A DNA stretch of 64,000 bases from IMG/VR virus record IMGVR_UViG_3300008448_012223; one strand, written 5' to 3'. The translations under genes and the position numbers were made by a program. Positions 40,088 to 47,467 of this stretch are shown piece by piece (position 1 is the stretch's first letter; the number at the start of each line of letters is the position of its first letter). Under the pieces are notes generated by a model that worked only from the letters and a program-made list of their open reading frames with translations, was not told the DNA's origin and made no database searches. The stretch comes from a virus.

Positions 40088-40297
40088 TTAATTATCTTTA
40101 TAGAAATTGTCCTTAGCGAACAGTGTCAGTATATAATAAAACATCCCAGCATTATAAACGTAGAACCTATAGTATAAAGTATCACCGTTTGCTATTGGCG
40201 GGTTAGTAATAGGTATAGGTGCGTCCCATAGATAATCATTATGAGGCGCCCCATAATGATTATGGGGCGCCCAATAATTTGTACTAATCTCTTTCAT
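40088..40297 (-). CDS. Array unit 1
   Basis: SD GAGGAG upstream; MKEISTNYWAPH...DNFYKDN*. Confidence 0.7.
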   Translation of the reverse strand: MKEISTNYWAPHNHYGAPHNDYLWDAPIPITNPPIANGDTLYYRFYVYNAGMFYYILTLFAKDNFYKDN

Positions 40298-40312
40298 CAG
40301 GTGCCTCCTCTT

Positions 40313-40699
40313 TTACTGGACGTAAAACGACTTTTTCTTATAAGCAACCACCTTTAAATACACCTCTAGCAAAGCCTCAATGAGAGACTCTTGTCGAGAG
40401 ACAAAACAACGCGAAGTCTCGTAAATATTGGGGTTCACACTAACTGTCACAGTATAACTATTAGGTAATCGTTGAATAACCCAACCATAACCAGAGCTAT
40501 CTAGACGCATTTGGAAAAAATAGATCAACTTAGCAAGCGACCCCCGATCTAACAAAAAGGGATCAGGATCAGAGGTAGAGATAGAAATACAATCACCCCA
40601 AGATAGTTGGATAAAAAAGGTATTCCGAAAAGTACCCCACCCATACCGACAAATGTGAGGCTCAGACTTGACCCAATCATGCAAAAATTCAGTAAGCAT
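40313..40699 (-). CDS. Hypothetical protein directly upstream of the array
   Basis: 128-aa ORF, GAGGG upstream. Confidence 0.55.
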   Translation of the reverse strand: MLTEFLHDWVKSEPHICRYGWGTFRNTFFIQLSWGDCISISTSDPDPFLLDRGSLAKLIYFFQMRLDSSGYGWVIQRLPNSYTVTVSVNPNIYETSRCFVSRQESLIEALLEVYLKVVAYKKKSFYVQ

Positions 40700-40787
40700 T
40701 TATACCCTCTGTATAGACGACAATATGTTGTAATAAGAATAGACTAACAAGAATACTCGTTAAGATACTTTATATCTAACTAATTAA

Positions 40788-41114
40788 TTAAAATTGTTGA
40801 ATAATAACGCCCCCCTCAAATTTAATTACTGTTGTTTTGTCTTCTAGATAAGTAATAGCAGATGACTCTACATCATCCTCATCCTCATCATCTTCTGGTA
40901 TAAAGCCGTAATGTTCGGCCGCTTCTAGGGCGCTAGAGTATTCTGAATACTCGCACCGGATAGCGACTCTATCAAATTCGATAGATTCATCAAGGCTATC
41001 CTCTAAATCTTCTAGATACCCAACTAAAGCCTCAGCGCCCGACCATGACCAATCAGCATTATCATCCTCTTTGAGTAGCTTGATAGCTTCATCGGTGCTT
41101 ATATTTTGATGCAT
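40788..41114 (-). CDS. Highly acidic small protein, possible DNA mimic / ArdA-like antirestriction
   Basis: WSWSGAEALVGYLEDLED...IEFDRVAIRCEYSEY...EDDEDEDD. Confidence 0.45.
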   Translation of the reverse strand: MHQNISTDEAIKLLKEDDNADWSWSGAEALVGYLEDLEDSLDESIEFDRVAIRCEYSEYSSALEAAEHYGFIPEDDEDEDDVESSAITYLEDKTTVIKFEGGVIIQQF

Positions 41115-41265
41115 TTTATCTTTCCCTTAGATTAACAATTAGGTTTAAATTCAGATTCTTTGGTTAGTGCCATGCAATAGACTGGGGCTATAGACAATAG
41201 AACCCCCCTGCCAAAGTGCAAGGGGGGCCACTAATAATAGATGAAAGGTTCTACCTTACAGTAGT

Positions 41266-41550
41266 TCACCCATTGTTATCAAATAGATTTCTGTAGGCCT
41301 CGTATACGGCATCAGGTGCCTCCTCGTCATTGTATTGTTGAGCCGACTTGAATGTAGATAAGATGCTCAATAGATTAGGGCGGTAGTTAGGGATAATACA
41401 ATAACCACCATTAATCCATCTAATACACGCGAGACGACGGGTGCCATGAAACCAGCATAAGATCTCATCGCCAAGGGCCGTATGAGATTGATATGGTTCG
41501 CGGAAGTCAGATATACGCCCCCGCAAGTATTTAAGTAAATCTAACATCAT
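41266..41550 (-). CDS. Hypothetical protein
   Basis: 94-aa ORF with ATGA overlap to the helicase. Confidence 0.5.
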   Translation of the reverse strand: MMLDLLKYLRGRISDFREPYQSHTALGDEILCWFHGTRRLACIRWINGGYCIIPNYRPNLLSILSTFKSAQQYNDEEAPDAVYEAYRNLFDNNG

Positions 41551-42725
41551 GATTTAGTACCTAACCGATTATAGAATTTAAGGATAGAGGGCTCTATATA
41601 GCAACTATCACAGAAGGCGGATCGTGTACCTATCAGGCGGAGGCCGCTATAGTGACGTACACGACTAAGAATAGTATAGAGGCCCCCGCTGAGCCAACGT
41701 AAATTACTGAGACGAGCCTGTACGTTATTAAGCGTGAGCCCCTGACTACGATGGACAGTAAGGGCATAGCCCAGTCTAACGGGTAAGTAGTGGCAGCGGC
41801 CCAATAGTTTGTTAGTGCCGAGCTCTTTATTATCTCGTGTCACGTATTCAATGATAGTCTCCTGACCGGTACGTTCTACTGTCACCAGTATAGTATTAGT
41901 CATGAGCTCCTTGACTATGGCGATATCGCCATTAGCGTATGTAGGTAGTCTATTACGAAGTAGAATAACGCGCGCGCCTTTCCTTAGCTCTACTGATTCA
42001 GGTATTTGGCCCCACTCAGGAGCGGTCCTCCCCCCCTTCGGTATAACGTAATTCTTAGTATAGAGGCGACTAGGCCCTTCTAGTTGTGCTAGGTGCAGGG
42101 CGTTATATCTATCTACACTATCATTAGTAGGCAGGATAGTAGTACCTGCGTAGTTATCTTCGAGCTGATTGACAAACTCTACATTATCTATGAACCAATC
42201 TACTGCTTCGTGAGGCCGCCCTTCTCTTACGCTAGTCAGCGCCTGTATAAAGCCGGGGTCATTCTGGCGCCTGACCTCTCGTAAGTACTGTATATCGAAG
42301 CTCTGTAGGCAGTCTGTTTGATAGACTGGCGTGCTAGTGACCTTTTTATCTGGTACTAGTGGTAACTGACAGAAGTCTCCCACGAGTAGGAGATTCATAT
42401 TTATGTTACTCTTCTCCATTACGTGATGGATAATAGTTAGTTGAGGGCCATGTAACATACTGATCTCGTCTATGACTAGAGTATCAAATGCATTAGATAT
42501 AGCCTGTAGCTGAGTGGTCAGCTTTCCACTAGAAGCGGAGCGTAATAGACTAGTAGTGTCGAAGAACTGGAGGGCCGCGTGAATAGTAGTACCACCTGCA
42601 TTAATAGCGCTCACGCCGGTACTACTAGTGATGAGGGCCTTACTCAAACTCTGTATGTATGTTGTCTTACCACTCCCTGCTGGACCCAGCAGCATCTGAT
42701 AGGGGCCGTTGAACGTTATCTGCAT
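41547..42725 (-). CDS. PIF1/RecD-like SF1B helicase
   Basis: GPAGSGKT, VIDEISML, VGDFCQLP, VRRQND, ALTVHRSQGLT, YTILSRV. Confidence 0.9.
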   Translation of the reverse strand: MQITFNGPYQMLLGPAGSGKTTYIQSLSKALITSSTGVSAINAGGTTIHAALQFFDTTSLLRSASSGKLTTQLQAISNAFDTLVIDEISMLHGPQLTIIHHVMEKSNINMNLLLVGDFCQLPLVPDKKVTSTPVYQTDCLQSFDIQYLREVRRQNDPGFIQALTSVREGRPHEAVDWFIDNVEFVNQLEDNYAGTTILPTNDSVDRYNALHLAQLEGPSRLYTKNYVIPKGGRTAPEWGQIPESVELRKGARVILLRNRLPTYANGDIAIVKELMTNTILVTVERTGQETIIEYVTRDNKELGTNKLLGRCHYLPVRLGYALTVHRSQGLTLNNVQARLSNLRWLSGGLYTILSRVRHYSGLRLIGTRSAFCDSCYIEPSILKFYNRLGTKS

Positions 42726-43122
42726 CTAATCTCCGTATAGTCCTAATTGTTTTACTCCATCGGTTCATCTCGCATTCGAGATAGATAATCAACTCGGCCC
42801 GCGCGGACTTCAAATACTTATGACTATGAGGAGTACTAACATCACACCGCTCAATAACTGATAGGTGTCCCTTCTGTCTTACTAGATAGTTACCATAACC
42901 TGCTACACTAGCGGGCCTAATAGCACGGGCTAGGCGGATACTAGCCTTATAATCTGCGCGGCCCTTCTTCAGGTAATTGAGTAATCTACTCTGTTGCGTC
43001 ATAAAACTTAGACTAGGCTGCCTATCATACGCCACGGCTGCGAGATAATCAGTGACACCTATATAAGAATCGGGGCCCTCATATATAACGTAGTACCACG
43101 GTCTATTATCTAGTATTGACAT
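42667..43122 (-). CDS. Hypothetical protein, weak GIY-YIG-like N-terminus
   Basis: WYYVIYEGPDSYIGVT. Confidence 0.35.
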   Translation of the reverse strand: MSILDNRPWYYVIYEGPDSYIGVTDYLAAVAYDRQPSLSFMTQQSRLLNYLKKGRADYKASIRLARAIRPASVAGYGNYLVRQKGHLSVIERCDVSTPHSHKYLKSARAELIIYLECEMNRWSKTIRTIRRLDADNVQRPLSDAAGSSREW

Positions 43123-43693
43123 AAATCTTAAGCAATCCCTCTAGTGCCTTCTTCAAGTCTGATACTCTACGGTAGTCATTAACTATGTCTATATAATGAA
43201 CGCCCGCCTCATCAAGACGAGCCAGACGGTCCTTAATAGCCTGATAGTTAACATCACTACTCAGTACCTGCTCAGACGGGCGGCTTATATTGATTACTAT
43301 ACAACATCTATTAATCAATGTAGATAGCATACTCTCTATTACCTCTACCTCCTCTAGGTTACGTAAGGACAATAGAACAGTAGGTATACCCTCGCTAATA
43401 TGGCGCTGTATCTCAGTCCGCATCATACGACTAGAGAAGTAACGGTCATTCTCTCTCATGAAGTGATAGAGATTAACCATGAACTGATTCATGGTTATAT
43501 TCATACCATTGGGCGTATACTCCTTGTATTCTGTTGTATCGAGGGCCCCCTCTGGCAATCCATAGTATTTCTCCATGAAGCGCTTCCACGGAGCTATAGG
43601 ATGGATCTCCTGTACCCCCAGTAACTTAGATAAACACTTAGAGGCTTCAGTCTTACCTGAGCCACTCAAACCATGAATAATAATAAAGAACAT
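43106..43693 (-). CDS. P-loop nucleotide (dNMP) kinase-like protein
   Basis: IIIHGLSGSGKT N-terminal P-loop; IDIVNDY near C-terminus. Confidence 0.7.
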   Translation of the reverse strand: MFFIIIHGLSGSGKTEASKCLSKLLGVQEIHPIAPWKRFMEKYYGLPEGALDTTEYKEYTPNGMNITMNQFMVNLYHFMRENDRYFSSRMMRTEIQRHISEGIPTVLLSLRNLEEVEVIESMLSTLINRCCIVINISRPSEQVLSSDVNYQAIKDRLARLDEAGVHYIDIVNDYRRVSDLKKALEGLLKIYVNTR

Positions 43694-43708
43694 AGGTAGT
43701 CATGCAAA

Positions 43709-43778
43709 GACAATTTTAGAAGTCTCTGATAGAATTGAAGTGCTAGGGTAGCTTGGTAGCTAAAGGCCAAAACGGAGC
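43709..43778 (+). repeat. Direct repeat copy 1 (70 bp: promoter + 5' part of the tRNA-like RNA)
   Basis: 65/70 identical to 44960-45029; -35/-10 here AAGACA-17-TAGAAT. Confidence 0.9.
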
Positions 43779-43783
43779 ATAAC

Positions 43784-43814
43784 AAAAAAACAGAGGGACA
43801 ACCCTCTGTTTTTT
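43784..43814. terminator. Bidirectional rho-independent terminator
   Basis: aaaaaaacagaggg-acaa-ccctctgtttttt. Confidence 0.85.
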
Positions 43815-44048
43815 ATTTATTAACTTTTGAGCGGTTTAACGTATTCCCAGTCTTTTTCAAAATCTTTTTGTTTAATTCGATAACCATTAGAAAGAAGAAC
43901 AAAAATAACATTGTCTGTTAACTGAAATTCTTTGACTTCTGAAATTTCAGAAGTAGTTTTGTTATACACAAGCGGCTTTAAGAATGACATAGTGAGTTAC
44001 TCCTAATTGATTTGATTTTTTAACTAATAACTAATAGCTAATTTTGCA

Positions 44049-44279
44049 CTAATCTAACTCAGATAGTAAGGCTTTAATTGTATTCAATGCAATACCCTCT
44101 GGTGTATATTTTGGTACAGATGATATAGCTAGTAGCTCTTCAAGCATCTGACTAAAAAATTTTAGCTGTTCTTCTTTATCAGAAAAAGGAAAAACTGTAT
44201 TACCGACTACATTCGTTAGTTTATCTGACATCAATGAAATTTGAGGATTGCGTGCGTAATAGTCAATTTTTTGGTTCAT
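44049..44279 (-). CDS. AT-rich hypothetical protein
   Basis: 76-aa ORF between the direct repeats. Confidence 0.5.
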   Translation of the reverse strand: MNQKIDYYARNPQISLMSDKLTNVVGNTVFPFSDKEEQLKFFSQMLEELLAISSVPKYTPEGIALNTIKALLSELD

Positions 44280-44305
44280 TTAGGTTATTTTAGCTGTTTC
44301 TTAGT

Positions 44306-44704
44306 TTATTCGTAGTCCCAATCAAAGGGAGATTCATTGACATAACCTTCCTTTGCAAGGTAACTAGCTATAACAAGAGATTGTAGAAAAAGACAATAGT
44401 TTTTCTTAAGAAGCTTAGGTATTGTCACACCTGCTAGTAGCGAAAAAACAACCAGTAATATTCTTGTCTTTAAGTACCAAAAACACCCTACTTTTCTGTC
44501 CTGATCAGCGTCAATAAATGCACTGCTTAAAAGTGCATCTATATCGTCTGATTTAATTGCGCTGTCATAAAATCCTTTTAACACTGTCGATACAAAGGGT
44601 TTTTTTGATGCTTTATTTACCAAACGATTGACGTAATGCTTAGCTTCTCTTGGTAACTCATCGTAGCTTGAATCGATTAATATTCGATAGGTTTGAGTGT
44701 TCAT
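44306..44704 (-). CDS. AT-rich hypothetical protein
   Basis: 132-aa ORF, AGGAG upstream. Confidence 0.55.
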   Translation of the reverse strand: MNTQTYRILIDSSYDELPREAKHYVNRLVNKASKKPFVSTVLKGFYDSAIKSDDIDALLSSAFIDADQDRKVGCFWYLKTRILLVVFSLLAGVTIPKLLKKNYCLFLQSLVIASYLAKEGYVNESPFDWDYE

Positions 44705-44957
44705 TGTTTTACTCCTGAGTTGTATTGTCGGTTATTTCTTTATTGTTCCCCATGTAAATCTACAAAGGATTTCAAAATCTGCACTTGTTTGATCAAAAGT
44801 TACATCACTCACACAAAACAATCCTTTAGTGATTAGCATAAATCCCCACGCAGAAATTAAGAGTAAAGTCAAGATCAGGGTTATTTTCATAATTTTACTT
44901 TAACTTTTCTAGGTGTTCTATATTACTTTACCATAATTAAAATTATTTATCTTAGGA

Positions 44958-44986
44958 TTGACAATTTTAGAAGCCTCTGATATAAT
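44958..44986 (+). promoter_or_regulatory. Consensus sigma70 promoter
   Basis: TTGACA-17 nt-TATAAT, 6 nt upstream of the tRNA-like RNA. Confidence 0.85.
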
Positions 44987-44992
44987 TGAAAT

Positions 44993-45190
44993 GCTAGGGT
45001 AGCTTGGTAGCTAAAGGCTGAAACGGAGCCTTCAACCGAAAAGGGACTTAATGCAAAAAATACCTTTGTTTTTTGTTTCAAAACTGAAATTTGCGAATCC
45101 ACCGAACTTGGCAAAGATTGAGTGAGGGAAGGGCGTTTCGTCAGGAGTAGATTTAATTAAGTTTTGCGGGTTCAATTCCCGTCCCTAGTA
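44993..45190 (+). ncRNA. tRNA-shaped RNA with a ca. 120-nt insert in place of the anticodon arm
   Basis: Acceptor GCTAGGG/CCCTAGT + A, class II-like D arm, T arm GCGGG-TTCAATT-CCCGT, long helix TGAAACG..CCTTC / GAAGG..CGTTTCG. Confidence 0.7.
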
Positions 45191-45231
45191 CCTATTAAAT
45201 TATGCCACCAGTCACGAGTTAATAAATTCAT

Positions 45232-45504
45232 TTAATACTCATTGAGTTGCATTTTTAGATTCTTCAGTTTTTCAAGTTTTCTTTCAGTTTGTTTAATTGC
45301 TTTAAGTCTCTTTTCTTCAAAGACTTTTTGAGCTTCTGTTTCCGTTAGCACGTACTCTTTTGAGGTAAATCCGTCTAGCATTAACACATTAAATTTACGG
45401 GGATTATCCGGGGAAAATACCTGATTGCAGATTTTTCCACTGCACTTTATAATACCACTTGTTAAAGCATATTTAGTGATATAAACTGTGACTGTTTCGT
45501 CCAT
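45232..45504 (-). CDS. Hypothetical protein
   Basis: 90-aa ORF, AGGAG upstream. Confidence 0.55.
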   Translation of the reverse strand: MDETVTVYITKYALTSGIIKCSGKICNQVFSPDNPRKFNVLMLDGFTSKEYVLTETEAQKVFEEKRLKAIKQTERKLEKLKNLKMQLNEY

Positions 45505-45533
45505 TGATTTACTCCTATGGTTATTATTTTTAA

Positions 45534-45616
45534 TGGGTTAAGCTGGATTTGCACCAGCGTGGAATTAAATCTACAGATTTACAGTCTGTCGCCTTCGACT
45601 ACTCGGCCACTAACCC
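45534..45616 (-). tRNA. tRNA-Tyr (GTA), CCA not encoded
   Basis: GGGTTAG/TTAACCC acceptor, ACAGA-CTGTAAA-TCTGT anticodon arm, long variable arm, GCTGG-TGCAAAT-CCAGC T arm. Confidence 0.9.
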
Positions 45617-45628
45617 TTGTTTGTTTTA

Positions 45629-45658
45629 ATTTTAACACAATTACTAATGCTGTGTCAA
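45629..45658 (-). promoter_or_regulatory. Sigma70-type promoter for tRNA-Tyr
   Basis: TTGACA-18 nt-TAAAAT with extended TG. Confidence 0.65.
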
Positions 45659-45750
45659 TCATGAGTGTAATTAATTGCCCAGGTACTTAACACCTACTAT
45701 TAACCAATTACGTTGAGTATGATGATGGTGAAATTAGAAGAGCATTAACT

Positions 45751-46014
45751 ATGGCTAAGAAGAAGAGCTTTGCCTTTAAGAAAGAGCACAAGGACCCAGC
45801 CGGAGGGCTAACAGCTAAGGGCCGCGCTGATTACAATCGCGCTACTGGCTCTAACCTGAAGCCCCCTGCCCCTAATCCCAAGAACAAGGTGGATGCGGCC
45901 CGCCGCAAGAGCTTCTGTGCGCGTAGCGCAGGTCAGGCGGATATGCACAATATAGACTGTCGCAAGACACCTAACAAGCGCTTATGCAAGGCGCGCAGGG
46001 CATGGGCATGCTAG
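45751..46014 (+). CDS. Small basic phage protein (DUF6321-like)
   Basis: HKDPAGGLTAKGRADYNRATGSNLKPP...RRKSFCARS...RRAWAC. Confidence 0.65.
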   Translation: MAKKKSFAFKKEHKDPAGGLTAKGRADYNRATGSNLKPPAPNPKNKVDAARRKSFCARSAGQADMHNIDCRKTPNKRLCKARRAWAC

Positions 46015-46024
46015 GAAGCTAGTG

Positions 46025-47467
46025 TCAAGTAGTGAATACAGTGACGTGATCACCGCCGTATGTATCAGTGGCTATCCTAATGCGCGCCTTACTCTGAGAG
46101 TGGAACCAGCCCTGTGGATCCACGAAGTCAATTATAGGTGGGTTACGCTTACCCTCTTTAATGCGTAAGGCCCGGCCCACCTTTTGAATCATAGATACAC
46201 CATCTACTCCTCCCTTACCACCGGCGGCCATGATTATGCTACCAATAGAACGTATGCTCACACCTAGGCTCAAGATACCCTCACTGGCTATAGCGCCAGA
46301 TATAGAGCCCGCTGACAGCTGGTCTAGTACGTCGGTTATGTTAGTACTCTTACCATGAATAATGGGTAGAGATGTGCCCAGCGCCTCTAGCTCAGTCAGT
46401 ATGTTAAGGGCCTGACTAGCAGGATTCTTCTTCTTACTAGTAGTACCTACCTTACGTACTAGGATGAGCACAGGTCCATAGCCGTCTTTTATCAGTCGGC
46501 ATGCGTGCCTCGCTATAAGGGCATTGCGGGCTCTATTATTAACTATGACGCTATCGTATAGCTGATTATAGAGCCATGGTGTAAAGGGCTTATCGAATGA
46601 GCCGCGCGCTACTGCACCGGGAGGGGCCGGATAAAACTCGAACTTAGGCTGCATAATGACGCCACTCTCGATGAGAGTAGTCTCTTGATACTCTCCGAGA
46701 AGGGGGCCGAATATAGCTTCCATCATCTTAGTGCGCGTAGGTGTAGCAGTCATGCCAATCTTATAACACGCATTGTCTAATGACAGAGCAGTAGTAATAC
46801 CACTTGCATTCATATAGGTATGCGCCTCATCGAACACAGCGACCTCAATACTAGAGAGCCACTCTATATAGCGTCTATCGCCCCGTTTAATACGCTCATA
46901 GAGAGTATCTACGGTAGCGATAGTCATAGCTCCAATATCATCATTACCATCTCCTACTAGCCCAGGAGAGAGGCCCGCCCACTCCTGCACATCCTCTGCC
47001 ATCTGGTAGAGTAGGCGCACGGTAGGTACTACTATGAGTCGGTGGGCCTCGAAGTATTTCATCAGCGTAGCAATAACAGGGCTCTTTCCATAACCAGTAG
47101 CAGCCCGCACGTAGCCCCGGTAGCCCCCTAATACGCTAGCTACTGCCTCTCGTTGGTCGAGGCGTAGTCTGGCGTCTATAACAGGATCGAGTAACGTTGG
47201 TCGGGGGGGTAGCTCTAGAGTAGCAGTATGGCCGGCCCGCCGTAATAACTCCATATAGAGAGGGAGGAGGCCCGCCAATAAGCGATAGTCCCCTCGCTCA
47301 TCTGGATAATAGAGAGGGTAATGAGCGGGTATAGCTAGAGGTTCAATAGGAAGAATACCCGCTATAGAGCGGGCCTCTTCTACGTCTAGCACTGCAGAGA
47401 GATGTCTATGACAGCCTGGCAGTAGTTCTGGTATATAGGCCCAGTTACCATCTACTCGTATTATCAT
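46025..47467 (-). CDS. SF2 DNA helicase (UvsW/ResIII-like)
   Basis: AATGYGKS, FDEAH, GMTATPTR, QKVGRALR. Confidence 0.85.
   Translation of the reverse strand: MIIRVDGNWAYIPELLPGCHRHLSAVLDVEEARSIAGILPIEPLAIPAHYPLYYPDERGDYRLLAGLLPLYMELLRRAGHTATLELPPRPTLLDPVIDARLRLDQREAVASVLGGYRGYVRAATGYGKSPVIATLMKYFEAHRLIVVPTVRLLYQMAEDVQEWAGLSPGLVGDGNDDIGAMTIATVDTLYERIKRGDRRYIEWLSSIEVAVFDEAHTYMNASGITTALSLDNACYKIGMTATPTRTKMMEAIFGPLLGEYQETTLIESGVIMQPKFEFYPAPPGAVARGSFDKPFTPWLYNQLYDSVIVNNRARNALIARHACRLIKDGYGPVLILVRKVGTTSKKKNPASQALNILTELEALGTSLPIIHGKSTNITDVLDQLSAGSISGAIASEGILSLGVSIRSIGSIIMAAGGKGGVDGVSMIQKVGRALRIKEGKRNPPIIDFVDPQGWFHSQSKARIRIATDTYGGDHVTVFTT

Larger units (their letters stand above)
32648..40297 (-). 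repeat. Tandem array of about 40 diverged coding units (ca. 120-270 bp) encoding small acidic-tailed proteins
   Basis: Recurrent + strand motif aatcatcttcat(t/c)gaaataa..tcctcatctagaatgttata..ccagtctatagtaaaac; 40 unit starts mapped by hand. Confidence 0.95.

Noticed and set aside
32648-40297. CRISPR array
   Set aside because: The repeats are long and degenerate, the intervening parts are homologous to each other and coding, and no cas genes are present (the PD-(D/E)XK protein is a typical phage exonuclease).
32648-40297. Integron-like cassette array
   Set aside because: No attC-like palindromic sites between genes (units overlap) and no integrase nearby.
41200-41270. Hairpin ccccctg...aagggggg plus gtagttcac as an IS605 right end
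   Set aside because: The hairpin is about 35 nt from the motif and the motif overlaps a stop codon. More simply an intergenic hairpin or terminator.
44993-45190. Canonical tmRNA or intron-containing tRNA
   Set aside because: No G3:U70, only 198 nt, no U33-type anticodon loop, and the insert is too short for a group I intron. Kept as a novel tRNA-like RNA instead.
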